A stretch of DNA of 64,000 bases from Herminiimonas sp. (GTDB lineage Bacteria > Pseudomonadota > Gammaproteobacteria > Burkholderiales > Burkholderiaceae_D). A model generated the notes under the pieces. It was not told where the DNA came from and searched no databases. It saw only the letters and a list, made by a program, of their open reading frames with translations. This document shows, piece after piece, positions 1-10,227 of the stretch. Every line of letters starts with the position of its first letter. The first letter of the stretch is position 1. The DNA lies in contig JACMRD010000110.1 in assembly GCA_014376645.1 (NCBI GenBank), forward strand, positions 14,470-78,469, read 5' to 3'. Position numbers and translations under genes: made by a program.

Positions 1-879
1 GCCTGCGAGGCGCTTGATCTTGGCATCCCGTTCGTGTGCGATCTGCACCGGATGGACGTTCGACAGGCCGCTGCGTGCCAGACGTGGCTTGAGCTTGGCC
101 AGACGCTTCTCTGAAATATCGAAGGCATACAGGCGTCCGGTGTTGCGCATGGCGGCGCCCAGCGCCAACGTCTTGCCGCCGGCGCCGGCACAGAAATCCA
201 CCACCATTTCACCGCGCTTGGCGCCGACGATCTGCGCCAGCAACTGACTGCCCTCGTCCTGCACCTCGATCAATCCATCCTTGAAGATCGGCAGATTTTG
301 CAGCGCCGGCTTTTTCAGGACCCGCAGACCCAGCGGCGCAAATGGCGTGGGTTCGCACAGGATCGGCGCGATCGCCAGCTGGGTCATGACTTCTTCGCGG
401 GTGGCCTTGACCGAGTTGACACGCAGGTCGAGCGGCGCCGGCTGGTTGAGCGCATCGGCCAGTGCCAGTGCGTCGGCTTCACCACGGCGCTCAACCAATT
501 TATCGAAGAGCCAGGCCGGCAGGTTCGACTGCAACCCAACCGGCAGCAGGGTGCGATCGATTTCCGAGACGCGCTGCAACCACTCGCCCTCTTCTTCGCT
601 CAGGCCACCCAGCGAATCGATCCCGACCGCATCGGCCAGGCCGAGCAAGGTGAGCCGGCGCATGCTGGGCCCATTGCCCGATTCGGCGAAGCTTGTATAG
701 ACCGACTTGTTGCGCAAGAGACCGTAAATGCCTTCTGCAATCGCTCCGCGCTCGCGTGAGCCCAGTTTCGGATGATCGCGAAAGTAACGCGACAGAGTGC
801 TGTCGGCGGGGCCGGTAAAACGCAGAATTTCACGCAACACTTCTTCGGTGCTGCCAATGATCGCAGGAGGCAATCTCAT
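1..879 (-). CDS. NOL1/NOP2/Sun (RsmB-like) SAM-dependent RNA cytosine-C5 methyltransferase; N-terminal part only, the 3' end lies beyond the left edge
   Basis: Absent from the ORF track because it runs off the window. My minus-strand translation from the ATG at 879-877 reads MRLPPAIIGSTEEVLREILRF...LIEVQDEGSQLLAQIVGAKRGEMVVDFCAGAGGKTLALGAAMRNTGRLYAFD. This carries the AdoMet-binding motif typical of Sun/RsmB enzymes. Its start overlaps the purN stop in an ATGA arrangement. Confidence 0.8.
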   Translation of the reverse strand, partial: MRLPPAIIGSTEEVLREILRFTGPADSTLSRYFRDHPKLGSRERGAIAEGIYGLLRNKSVYTSFAESGNGPSMRRLTLLGLADAVGIDSLGGLSEEEGEWLQRVSEIDRTLLPVGLQSNLPAWLFDKLVERRGEADALALADALNQPAPLDLRVNSVKATREEVMTQLAIAPILCEPTPFAPLGLRVLKKPALQNLPIFKDGLIEVQDEGSQLLAQIVGAKRGEMVVDFCAGAGGKTLALGAAMRNTGRLYAFDISEKRLAKLKPRLARSGLSNVHPVQIAHERDAKIKRLAG

Positions 880-1496
880 GTCATATCTTTCAGGTTTGTG
901 ATCCCTTTGTCGAGGTTCAGACGACCTTCGACGAACCAGGCAATGGCACGCGGGTAAATCAAATGTTCTTGCTCGAGAACACGCAAGGCAAGGGTTTCTT
1001 CGGTGTCGTCCGCCAGCACCGGCACTGCGCTTTGCGCAACGATGGGGCCATGGTCGAGATCGGCCGTGACGAAGTGCACGCTCGCGCCATGCACCTTGAC
1101 GCCGGCGGCCAGTGCCTGCCGATGGGTGGCGAGGCCCGGAAAACTCGGCAGGAGCGACGGATGAATATTGAGCATGCGGCCCACGTAGTGATCGACCAGC
1201 TGCGCCGTCAGAATCCGCAGGAACCCTGCCAGAACGACCAAGTCCGGCTCAAAACCGTCGATCGCCAACTGCAAGGCAGCATCGAATGCGTCACGTGTTG
1301 CGTATCCCTTGCTGGCGACCACCGCCGTCGGTATGCCATGCGCCCGGGCGAATTCCAGACCGGCTGCATCGGCCCGATTGCTGATCACCGCCGCAATTCT
1401 GGCCGGCCATCCTTCGGCCGCCGCTGCCTCGACCACCGCCTGCATATTACTGCCGCGGCCTGAAATCAGGATCACGATATTTTTCATTCCGCGCAT
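876..1496 (-). CDS. purN: phosphoribosylglycinamide formyltransferase
   Basis: 206 aa. It has the IVILISGRGSNMQAV N-terminus and the NIHPSLLPSFPG...HGASVHFVTADLDHGPI motifs of PurN. Confidence 0.95.
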   Translation of the reverse strand: MRGMKNIVILISGRGSNMQAVVEAAAAEGWPARIAAVISNRADAAGLEFARAHGIPTAVVASKGYATRDAFDAALQLAIDGFEPDLVVLAGFLRILTAQLVDHYVGRMLNIHPSLLPSFPGLATHRQALAAGVKVHGASVHFVTADLDHGPIVAQSAVPVLADDTEETLALRVLEQEHLIYPRAIAWFVEGRLNLDKGITNLKDMT

Positions 1497-1550
1497 TGTA
1501 CTGTACCGGCCGGGCCGCTCGAAGCAGTCAGCGCCCTCCTGCCTCTGAAA

Positions 1551-1578
1551 GAAAAAAAGCCGACCTCGGCGGTCGGCT
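1551..1578 (-). terminator. rho-independent terminator after the barstar-like gene
   Basis: The plus strand reads AAAAAAAGCCGACC-TCGGC-GGTCGGCT. On the minus strand this is an 8-bp GC-rich stem followed by a T7 run, 27 nt after the stop at 1605. Confidence 0.6.
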
Positions 1579-1604
1579 GCAGCGGCGTTCCAACAACCAA
1601 CGCT

Positions 1605-2003
1605 TTACTGAAACGAGTAGAACACCCGGAACGCAACCTTCTTGTCAACCCAGAAATCGGCGGCGTCGCGGAAGACATCGAGCAGCGTCTCCCGGGCTTC
1701 CTTGTCGAACTTGGGGGTGTTTGGCAATTGCTCGAGCACCACCAGAAAACCTGGTTGCGGGCCTGCCTTGTGCGCGAGATCGGTCAGGCAGTCGCCAAGC
1801 GCATCGAAATTCTTGCCAAAATGTTTGGGAAAGTGGAATGCCTCGGCAATCATGGCCAGCACCTGCTGCTTGGTCGTGGCCTCGGCACAGTACGCATACA
1901 AAAAATGCTGTCCAAGCTGTGCAGCTTCCGATTGCAGATCAGTCACCCGAAATGCTCGAATCGATTGCACGACATTTGGCGGCACTGTTTTAAACAAACT
2001 CAT
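1605..2003 (-). CDS. barstar-family ribonuclease inhibitor (about 132 aa)
   Basis: I trimmed the track ORF 1605..2027 to the ATG at 2003, which is preceded by GAGGGAGA. The sequence LYAYCAEATTKQQVLAMIAEAFHFPKHFGKNFDALGDCLTDL...FLVVLEQL resembles the barstar fold signature. It lies immediately downstream of an RNase Sa-like gene. Confidence 0.75.
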   Translation of the reverse strand: MSLFKTVPPNVVQSIRAFRVTDLQSEAAQLGQHFLYAYCAEATTKQQVLAMIAEAFHFPKHFGKNFDALGDCLTDLAHKAGPQPGFLVVLEQLPNTPKFDKEARETLLDVFRDAADFWVDKKVAFRVFYSFQ

Positions 2004-2087
2004 TTCTCCCTCTGCTGGAACATTCATTTTTCGATTACTCGATGCGATAGTGCGGTGGTGCGATGCGAGAGTGGGGCACGCTCGCTG

Positions 2088-2471
2088 CTATTCGGTAATC
2101 CGCATGAAGGTTGCGTAGTGATCGGCGGTGTAGAAAAACTCCCGCCGCTCGCCGCCGCGACCGCCAGCGATCAGTCGCCGCGCACCACGATTACGGCTGC
2201 CTGGGGTCTTGACGGTGAATTCGCGATAGTACCCGCGTGATTGCCGCGGAAGAGAACCTTCGTAATTGCCAAACACTGCACCATCTTTTGGATACGGAAA
2301 CGGCCCCCCCTGCTCGATCAGCACCAGCGTCTGCCGCGCTTCGCGAGGCAGTTCGGCCACAGCAATAACGCCCATCGCCACCACAGGTGCCGGCGAGCGT
2401 GCGAAGGCCGTGAACGACAAAAACAAGGCTGCGACGAATACGCACCAATGCTTCAGATACTTTGCATTCAC
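2088..2471 (-). CDS. secreted guanyl-specific ribonuclease, RNase Sa / barnase (N1/T1) family
   Basis: 127 aa with a GTG start. There is a hydrophobic signal-like N-terminus (WCVFVAALFLSFTAFA). The sequence LPREARQTLVLIEQGGPFPYPKDGAVFGNYEGSLPRQSRGYYREFTVKTPGSRNRGARRLIAGG...FFYTADHYATFMRI parallels RNase Sa, including the catalytic Glu and His. Confidence 0.85.
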   Translation of the reverse strand: MNAKYLKHWCVFVAALFLSFTAFARSPAPVVAMGVIAVAELPREARQTLVLIEQGGPFPYPKDGAVFGNYEGSLPRQSRGYYREFTVKTPGSRNRGARRLIAGGRGGERREFFYTADHYATFMRITE

Positions 2472-2489
2472 ATTTGATTCCCCATTATT

Positions 2490-2511
2490 TTAATTGCTTT
2501 AAGGCAATTAA
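2490..2511. promoter_or_regulatory. perfect 8-bp inverted repeat TTAATTGC-N6-GCAATTAA in the divergent RNase / PXPV-protein intergenic region
   Basis: Read directly from the sequence. It sits 19 nt upstream of the RNase GTG start in an AT-rich stretch. Confidence 0.3.
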
Positions 2512-2735
2512 ACATGACAGCAGTACGCTAGGGTAACGTGTTGTAGAAAACGAATCAACTCGAATCGCCGCCGCCCACTATTTACATGCGGCCCCAGCAC
2601 GAAACCTGCGGAGGGACCGACATCGGCATACGCGGTCACAATTTGTTGCATGTCTTACCGGGCGTTCGCCAAAGCCTGCTCGCCTGCAGCGCGGCCCGGG
2701 CGTTAAATGACTACCTGAACAAAAGGAGAGCAATC

Positions 2736-3101
2736 ATGCACAAATCATTGATCACCGCCGCAGGCGCCGGCGTTCTCGGTACACTATTGCTGGCCGCGCC
2801 CCTGGCAAGCGCCCGGGACAACGTCAGCTGGTCCGTCAACATCGGCGCGCCCGTCGCTACCTATCCCGTCTATGCGCCGGCCTACAGTCAGCCGCCGGTG
2901 GTGTACGCAGCACCGGCACCATTCTACGTACAGCAAGCTCCGGTGTACTACGCGCCACCGGTCGTGGTGGCCCCACCGTACTATGGCCGGGTCTACTACA
3001 ACACGGCCTATCCTCAACCCTACTATAGGGAGTACGGCCACTACCACCACGGTTATGGTCACGGCAACGGGTATGGCGGACCGTACCGCCACGAACGTTA
3101 A
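2736..3101 (+). CDS. small secreted Pro/Tyr/Val-rich protein (PXPV-repeat-like) with a His/Gly/Tyr-rich tail
   Basis: I trimmed the track ORF 2586..3101 to the ATG at 2736, which is preceded by AAAGGAGAG. The signal peptide is MHKSLITAAGAGVLGTLLLAAPLASA. It is followed by YPVYAPAYSQPPVVYAAPAPFYVQQAPVYYAPPVVVAPPYY and ends in GHYHHGYGHGNGYGGPYRHER. Confidence 0.6.
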   Translation: MHKSLITAAGAGVLGTLLLAAPLASARDNVSWSVNIGAPVATYPVYAPAYSQPPVVYAAPAPFYVQQAPVYYAPPVVVAPPYYGRVYYNTAYPQPYYREYGHYHHGYGHGNGYGGPYRHER

Positions 3102-4279
3102 ATCCCCGCAGGCGGCCCGAAAAAGCGGATGACGTCGGCACGGCGTGCCATCGCGTCACGAGCGCCCAGAGCCATCAACTCCCTGGTGTAGGTCGCTTCG
3201 AACAACAAGTAGGATGCCAGCGCGGCACCACGCACTTCGGTGGCGCCTATGCCTGCCAGTACCATGCGGATCGGCGGCGGCAGGCTATCGACATGGCGGC
3301 TCGCGATCTCGTCGAGACGCTCCGAAGGTGCAATGATGAGCATCTCGATAGGTCGTAGCGGCGTGCGCGCTTTCTGCTCTTCACTCAGGTGCGAGAGGGT
3401 CAGGTTGATGCGGTTCATGCGCTCGATATCGACTGCCAGACTGTCGAGAAAAATGCTCGACATTGCATGGCCGGCAATTTGGGCCAGGCTTGGATACCGG
3501 GCCGGCTCACCATTGTGCACCGTGGGTTCGCTGAGGCGTCCGGCGCCGACGACCAGCACTTTTTCGGCGCCGAGATGAATCGCCGGCGAAATCGGTGCCA
3601 ACTGCCGCATCGAACCGTCGCCAAAATATTCACGGCGACCATTGCAAAAGATCGGCATGGCCGGAAAGATCAGCGGGATGGCAGATGACGCGAGCAAATG
3701 CTCGACGCCGATCTGTCCCTGCATCGACACGCGCTGGGTCCGAACCCAAGGCTCGATCAGCTTTTCACTCTGGTAAAACGTGATGTGCTGTCCGGCCGTA
3801 TAGGACGAAGCTGTCACCGCCAAGGCATGCAATTTACCGTCGAGCAGCGCCGCATCGAGGCGCGGGAAATTCAGCATCCGGTTCAATAGCGTGTTGAGTG
3901 GCGTGTTGTCCAGCAGCGCATTGGGCGGATTAGCATGCCACTTGCGCAAGAGCCAGCCGAACGACAGGAGCGACAGCCAGCGCGCGCCGGAGCGCAGCAC
4001 GCCCAATGAATCGGCCCGATATACTTGCTCGACCCGGAAATTTTCCCAGACACTGACCAGCTTGCCGAGGCCTTCATTGAACTGATCGGCGTGGCACGCC
4101 AGCGCGGTTGCGTTGATCGCACCGGCTGATGTACCGCATATGATGTCGTAGGGATTGACGTCCGGCGCCCATCCCTGCTCCGCCAAAATCGTCGACACGG
4201 CCTGCAGCACGCCAACCTGATAGGCGGCGCGGGCGCCACCACCTGTCAGCACCAGGCCTGTCTTGGTTCGTGAGGTCAT
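3098..4279 (-). CDS. patatin-like phospholipase family protein
   Basis: 393 aa. It has the GGGARAAYQVGVL oxyanion motif, a GTSAG nucleophile elbow and a GDGSM Asp motif. Confidence 0.85.
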   Translation of the reverse strand: MTSRTKTGLVLTGGGARAAYQVGVLQAVSTILAEQGWAPDVNPYDIICGTSAGAINATALACHADQFNEGLGKLVSVWENFRVEQVYRADSLGVLRSGARWLSLLSFGWLLRKWHANPPNALLDNTPLNTLLNRMLNFPRLDAALLDGKLHALAVTASSYTAGQHITFYQSEKLIEPWVRTQRVSMQGQIGVEHLLASSAIPLIFPAMPIFCNGRREYFGDGSMRQLAPISPAIHLGAEKVLVVGAGRLSEPTVHNGEPARYPSLAQIAGHAMSSIFLDSLAVDIERMNRINLTLSHLSEEQKARTPLRPIEMLIIAPSERLDEIASRHVDSLPPPIRMVLAGIGATEVRGAALASYLLFEATYTRELMALGARDAMARRADVIRFFGPPAGI

Positions 4280-4398
4280 TTCTAAAGAGTAACAGCAGGC
4301 ACCGCAACATGGACATGACAGTAATGTTGATGCCGTGCAAATACAACGTTTTCCCCCACAAGAATCGCCACGGTGCGTGCGTCTGGCTCAGCGCAGGA

Positions 4399-6195
4399 TC
4401 ACTCGCCTTCGACGCTTCCCTCGCGGCGGGAATCGGCGCCACCCATCCACCAGGGCTCGCCGTGGATCTCGATGCGGCTGATCGCATGCAGGCCCGAGGT
4501 CTGGTTGGCAATCCGGAGCACATGGCCGCGCACCCGCAACCCTACGATCTGCTCGGGTGAAAACCGCCCGCGTTCAAGTTCGGTCGGCCCGTTGCGGCTG
4601 CCGAAATTAGGCAGATCGACTGCTTCCTGGACCGGCAAACCCCAATCCATCATTCCGACCAAGACCTTCGCCACGTAATTGATGATCGCCGGACCGCCCG
4701 GCGAACCGACAACCAGCGCCACGTGCCCGGTACGGCGCTCGAGAACGATGGTCGGCGCCATCGCGCTGCGCGGCCGCTTGCCGGGCTGAACCCGATTGGC
4801 AACCGGGCCGTCGGCGTCGGCCGCGACAAAGGAAAAATCGGTCAGCTGATTGTTGAGTAGAAAGCCCTGCACCATCAGACGCGATCCGAAGCCGTTCTCG
4901 ATCGACGTGGTCATCGAGACCACCTGGCCCTGCGCATCCACGATCGACAGATGGGAAGTCGCGGCCAGTTCGGGAGAACGATCGTATCCGCGTGCGAGCT
5001 TGATGCCCAGCGGCGCGCCGGCTGCCGCCGTTCCCATCGAACGTTCCCCGATGAGCCCGGCGCGCGCGGCGAGATAATCCTTGTCGATCAAGGCATCGAC
5101 GCTGCCGCCGGGCAGCGGAACGAAATCGGTGTCGGCCACGTAACGCGCCCGGTCGGCATACGCCAGTCGTCCCGCTTCGGCGAACAGGTGGACGCCCTCG
5201 ACATTCAAGCCTGCCGCGTCGGGCGCCAGCTTCGGCAGATTCCGATGCGCCAGTATCCCCAGCATCTGCGCCACCGCAATCCCACCCGAGGATGGCGGCG
5301 GCATGCCGCATACCCGCCATGCCTTGTAATCGGTACAGACCGGCGTGCGCACGACGGCGCGATAGCCGGACATGTCGCGCAGCGCGAGCACGCCTGGACG
5401 GCGCGGATGTTGCCCGATCTTGCTGACGATTGCTCGCGCCAGTTCGCCCGTGTAGAAGGCATCGGCGCCGCCGGCGGCAATCAGGCGCAAAGTCCGTGCA
5501 AGGGCTGGGTTTTTCAGCGGATGACCGGCCTGCCAGGCAAGGCCGTGTTCGTCGAAAAAATAGGCTTCGGATTCAGGGTCAAGTGCGAGTTGCGGTTCGG
5601 ACGCAAGCAATTGCGCCAGTCGGGGGCTGACCTCGAAGCCGCTTTCGGCCAGCTCGATCGCTGGCGCGAACAGCGCCGCCCACGGCAGTTTGCCATGGCG
5701 CCGGTGCGCCAGTTCCAGCATGCGCAGCACGCCCGGTACGCCGACCGCGCGACCACCGACGACGGCATCGAAGAACGCCATCGGCTGGCCATCCGGTTTT
5801 TCAAAGAGGTGTTCGTCGACTGCCGCCGGCGCGGTCTCGCGCCCATCGAATGCGGTCATCGCCTGACCGTCGAAATGCAGCAGGAACGCGCCGCCGCCGA
5901 TGCCCGAGGATTGCGGCTCGACCAGCGTCAATACCATCTGGACGGCGATCGCCGCATCGACGGCCGATCCACCTGCCTTCAGGATGCGATGGCCGGCACG
6001 GGTAGCATGCGGGTTGGCCGTACTCACCATGAAATTTCTGGCGGCCACCGCTATCTTCGCGGTCGATCCCGATGCCTGCTCAGGCTGACGGTCGTGCCAC
6101 TCCGTATCCGGCGCAGCCGGCACGCCAACGCACGCGGCCAGCAGCGTGAGCGCCGCGCCGGCGAGCCAGGCCCGCAGCGCCGTCATCGCCGTCAT
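4399..6195 (-). CDS. ggt: gamma-glutamyltransferase (lipoprotein-type signal)
   Basis: I trimmed the track ORF 4399..6294 to the ATG at 6195, which removes the overlap with the upstream SDR gene. The N-terminus is MTAMTALRAWLAGAALTLLAAC. The autoprocessing region is ATSHLSIVDAQGQVVSMTTSIENGFGS, and GSPGGPAIINYV lies near the C-terminus. Confidence 0.9.
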   Translation of the reverse strand: MTAMTALRAWLAGAALTLLAACVGVPAAPDTEWHDRQPEQASGSTAKIAVAARNFMVSTANPHATRAGHRILKAGGSAVDAAIAVQMVLTLVEPQSSGIGGGAFLLHFDGQAMTAFDGRETAPAAVDEHLFEKPDGQPMAFFDAVVGGRAVGVPGVLRMLELAHRRHGKLPWAALFAPAIELAESGFEVSPRLAQLLASEPQLALDPESEAYFFDEHGLAWQAGHPLKNPALARTLRLIAAGGADAFYTGELARAIVSKIGQHPRRPGVLALRDMSGYRAVVRTPVCTDYKAWRVCGMPPPSSGGIAVAQMLGILAHRNLPKLAPDAAGLNVEGVHLFAEAGRLAYADRARYVADTDFVPLPGGSVDALIDKDYLAARAGLIGERSMGTAAAGAPLGIKLARGYDRSPELAATSHLSIVDAQGQVVSMTTSIENGFGSRLMVQGFLLNNQLTDFSFVAADADGPVANRVQPGKRPRSAMAPTIVLERRTGHVALVVGSPGGPAIINYVAKVLVGMMDWGLPVQEAVDLPNFGSRNGPTELERGRFSPEQIVGLRVRGHVLRIANQTSGLHAISRIEIHGEPWWMGGADSRREGSVEGE

Positions 6196-6247
6196 CGGCA
6201 CGATTGCGCCTGACGCACTGTCAGGACCAGGCAAATCGATTGCATGC

Positions 6248-7006
6248 CTATTTCGGTTGCATCCGGATAGCGCCGTCGAGGCGGATGGTTTCACCGTTGA
6301 GCATCACGTTTTCGATGATGGCGCGCGCCAGGTGGGCGTATTCGTGCGCCCGGCCCAAACGCGGCGGGAACGGCACCATGCGGCCGAGGGCATCCTGAAC
6401 CTCCTGCGGCATGCCGAGCAGCATTGGCGTTTCGAAAATGCCGGGCGCGATCGTCATGACGCGAATCCCGTTGCGTGACAGATCGCGCGCCATCGGCAGG
6501 GTCATGCCGACCACCGCCGCTTTCGAGGATGCATAGGCGGCCTGGCCGATCTGTCCATCGTATGCCGCCACCGACGCCGTGTTGATGATCACGCCGCGTT
6601 CGCCATCGGCGGTGGCGTCCGTCGCAGACATCGCTTCGGCTGCGAGGCGTGCCATGTTGAAGGTGCCGACCAGGTTGATGTTGACCGCGCGCTGAAACAC
6701 GTCCAGCGGATGAGCGCCGTCCTTGCCGACCGTCTTGACGGCCGGTGCCACGCCGGCGCAGTTGACCAGGCCACGCAGGGTGCCGGCTCCCGCTGCCGCC
6801 GCGACCACGGCCTTGCCATCGGCTTCGGAGGTCACGTCGCAACGCACGAAATGGCCCTTCAATTGCGCGGCGAGCTGCTCACCGGCTTCGACCTGCACGT
6901 CGGCCAGCACCACGGTGCCACCGTTCTCTGCGATCATGCGGGCCGTCGCGGCGCCCAGTCCCGATGCACCGCCGGTGATGATGAAAACGCCATCCTTGAT
7001 TTGCAT
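6248..7006 (-). CDS. short-chain dehydrogenase, 3-hydroxyacyl-CoA dehydrogenase type-2-like
   Basis: 252 aa. It has the TGGASGLG Rossmann motif, NCAG, the catalytic S...YASSKAAV (YxxxK) motif, and PGIFETPM. Confidence 0.85.
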   Translation of the reverse strand: MQIKDGVFIITGGASGLGAATARMIAENGGTVVLADVQVEAGEQLAAQLKGHFVRCDVTSEADGKAVVAAAAGAGTLRGLVNCAGVAPAVKTVGKDGAHPLDVFQRAVNINLVGTFNMARLAAEAMSATDATADGERGVIINTASVAAYDGQIGQAAYASSKAAVVGMTLPMARDLSRNGIRVMTIAPGIFETPMLLGMPQEVQDALGRMVPFPPRLGRAHEYAHLARAIIENVMLNGETIRLDGAIRMQPK

Positions 7007-7091
7007 GCTGTCTCTTTCTTGTTCAGTGTTGGAAAAGGTCCCTACGATCCGGTGACAATTGTAACGACCTTCCGGGGTGCAGACGAAATGG

Positions 7092-7115
7092 AAAAAGCGG
7101 CCGCAGCCGCTTTTT
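7092..7115 (-). terminator. bidirectional-looking rho-independent terminator after hppA
   Basis: AAAAAGCGGC-CGCA-GCCGCTTTTT lies 19 nt beyond the hppA stop codon (7134-7136). Confidence 0.6.
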
Positions 7116-7133
7116 GTTCAGGCAGCTCGGGAC

Positions 7134-9308
7134 TCAGGGTTTGACCGGGGCGATACCGGGCTCTGCAGCGGTGGCTGGCGAGGATGCAGCAACAGGCATC
7201 GCGACGGCCGGTGCGGCCATCGCTGCGGCTGGAGCGGACATCACGGCCGCAGGTGCCGCGACCGCCGGCCCGATCTGTAGTCCGGTGGCCGGCAACAGCG
7301 GTACCAGCAGCAGGGCGACGATGTTGATGATCTTGATCAGCGGATTGACGGCGGGTCCGGCCGTGTCCTTGTACGGATCTCCCACCGTGTCGCCGGTGAC
7401 GGCCGCCTTGTGCGCCTCCGATCCCTTGCCGCCGTGATGGCCATCCTCGATGTATTTCTTGGCATTGTCCCAGGCTCCGCCGCCGGTCGTCATCGAGATC
7501 GCCACGAACAGGCCGGTGACGATGGCGCCCATGAGCAAGCCACCCAGCGCCGCCGGCCCCAGGATCATGCCGACCAGGATCGGCGCAATCACCGGCAGGA
7601 GCGACGGCAGGATCATCTCCTTGATCGCAGCGGTCGTCAGCATGTCAACCGCCTTGTCGTATTCCGGCTTGCCGCTGCCGTCCATGATGCCTTTGATGTC
7701 GCGGAACTGGCGCCGCACCTCCACCACCACGGCCCCTGCCGCACGACCGACCGCTTCCATCGCCATGGCGCCGAACAGATAGGGAATCAGCCCGCCGATG
7801 AAGAGTCCGACGATCACCATCGGATTCGACAGGTCGAAGGACGTGCTCTTGTTGACCGAGTCGAGAGCATGCGTGTAATCGGCAAACAGCACCAGCGCCG
7901 CTAGCCCGGCCGAGCCGATGGCATAACCCTTGGTGACAGCTTTGGTGGTGTTGCCCACCGCATCGAGCGGATCGGTGATGGCGCGAACAGACTCCGGCAT
8001 GCCCGACATCTCGGCGATGCCCCCGGCGTTGTCGGTGATCGGGCCGTAGGCGTCGAGCGCGACGATGATGCCGGCCATCGACAACATCGACGTGGCGGCG
8101 ATCGCGATGCCGAACAGACCACCTAGTCTGTACGACACCAGGATCGCAGCGCACACCGCCAGTACCGGATAGGCGGTCGACTTCATCGACACGCCGAGAC
8201 CGGCGATGATGTTGGTGCCATGGCCGGTGGTGGACGCTTCGGCAATGTGCTGGACCGGCTTGAACTCAGTGCCCGTGTAATATTCGGTGATGTAGACCAT
8301 CAGGCCCGTCAGCACGATGCCGACCACCGTGCAGCCCATCATCGATGCCCGCATGACTTCTGGCATCACGGTCCACGTCACGACGGCGAAACCGATCAGC
8401 GACAAGCCGGCGGCCCACCACAGACCGGTGTAGAGCGCCGACATGATCTTCTTGCCGGGCTTTGCCTTGACCATCGAGCAGCCCACGATCGAACCCAGAA
8501 TCGAGACGCCACCGAGCATCAACGGATAGAGCGCTGCCTGCAGCTCGAAGCCCTTGATCACCAATGCACCGAGCAACATGGTAGCGATCAGGGTGACGAC
8601 ATAAGTCTCGAAGAGATCGGCCGCCATGCCGGCGCAATCGCCGACGTTGTCACCAACGTTATCGGCGATCACCGCCGGATTGCGTGGGTCGTCCTCGGGA
8701 ATGCCGGCCTCGACCTTGCCGACAAGATCAGCGCCAACATCCGCACCCTTGGTGAAAATGCCGCCGCCCAACCGGGCAAAGATCGAGATCAGCGAGGCGC
8801 CGAAGGCCAAGCCGATCAGCGGCTGGATCAGGTCGTGCAGCACGGCTGTCCCAGAAGCGGCCGCCGTCAGGTACCAGTAGAACAGTGTCACGCCCAGTAG
8901 ACCCAGCCCCACCACCAGCATGCCGGTAATGGCGCCACCCTTGAAGGCCACATCGAGCGCCTGGTTCATGCCCTTTGTGGCCGCCTGCGCGGTACGCACG
9001 TTGGCACGCACCGAGACATTCATGCCGATGAAGCCGCAGGCGCCCGAGAGCACCGCGCCGATCAGGAAACCGATGCCGGTCACCATTCCAAGCAAAACCG
9101 CGATCACCACGAACAGGACGGCGCCCACGATACCGATGGTCCGGTACTGGCGCGCCAGATAGGCGGCCGCGCCGATCTGGATGGCGGTGGCGATTTCCTG
9201 CATTCGGGCGTTACCCGCATCCTGCTTCAAGATCCAGCTACGCGACATCAATCCATAAATGACCGCGACGATGCCGCACGCGACGGCGAACCACAGACCT
9301 GCTGCCAT
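7134..9308 (-). CDS. hppA: K+-independent H+-translocating (V-type) pyrophosphatase with an unusual Ala/Pro-rich C-terminal tail
   Basis: I trimmed the track ORF to the ATG at 9308, which is preceded by GGAGGAG. It is a multi-TM protein with [20 protein letters not shown] and [19 protein letters not shown] motifs. [10 protein letters not shown] has Lys at the position known to mark K+-independent enzymes. Confidence 0.95.
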   Translation of the reverse strand: MAAGLWFAVACGIVAVIYGLMSRSWILKQDAGNARMQEIATAIQIGAAAYLARQYRTIGIVGAVLFVVIAVLLGMVTGIGFLIGAVLSGACGFIGMNVSVRANVRTAQAATKGMNQALDVAFKGGAITGMLVVGLGLLGVTLFYWYLTAAASGTAVLHDLIQPLIGLAFGASLISIFARLGGGIFTKGADVGADLVGKVEAGIPEDDPRNPAVIADNVGDNVGDCAGMAADLFETYVVTLIATMLLGALVIKGFELQAALYPLMLGGVSILGSIVGCSMVKAKPGKKIMSALYTGLWWAAGLSLIGFAVVTWTVMPEVMRASMMGCTVVGIVLTGLMVYITEYYTGTEFKPVQHIAEASTTGHGTNIIAGLGVSMKSTAYPVLAVCAAILVSYRLGGLFGIAIAATSMLSMAGIIVALDAYGPITDNAGGIAEMSGMPESVRAITDPLDAVGNTTKAVTKGYAIGSAGLAALVLFADYTHALDSVNKSTSFDLSNPMVIVGLFIGGLIPYLFGAMAMEAVGRAAGAVVVEVRRQFRDIKGIMDGSGKPEYDKAVDMLTTAAIKEMILPSLLPVIAPILVGMILGPAALGGLLMGAIVTGLFVAISMTTGGGAWDNAKKYIEDGHHGGKGSEAHKAAVTGDTVGDPYKDTAGPAVNPLIKIINIVALLLVPLLPATGLQIGPAVAAPAAVMSAPAAAMAAPAVAMPVAASSPATAAEPGIAPVKP

Positions 9309-9361
9309 ATCGACTCCTCCTTGTATCACGACAAAGTAGACCACTACGACCGTTCTGCATG

Positions 9362-9388
9362 AAAAAAAAGCGGACACATGGTCCGCTT
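9362..9388 (-). terminator. rho-independent terminator after adk
   Basis: The plus strand reads AAAAAAAAGCGGAC-ACATG-GTCCGCTT. On the minus strand the stem is followed by a T8 run, 5 nt after the adk stop. Confidence 0.7.
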
Positions 9389-9392
9389 GGTT

Positions 9393-10169
<777 letters not shown>

Positions 10170-10227
10170 TTAAGTTTGCACGAAACTTAACACAGAATTT
10201 CATGAAACTGACGCGCCATTCTTGATT

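Noticed and set aside
14-759. Several plus-strand ORFs (14..247, 281..700, 298..759).
   Set aside because: They are antisense to the Sun/RsmB-like methyltransferase, which reads cleanly on the minus strand from 879 to the window edge.
3098-4279. The patatin-like phospholipase considered as a CBASS-type or other defence effector.
   Set aside because: No cyclase, nucleotidyltransferase, sensor or other defence partner is adjacent. Its neighbours are a PXPV-like protein and ggt, so it looks like a stand-alone RssA-type housekeeping lipase.
4951-6213. A 420-aa plus-strand ORF, and similarly 11161..12402 (413 aa).
   Set aside because: They are antisense to ggt and to lpxK/ycaR respectively, both of which are confidently identified. 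They are shadow ORFs.
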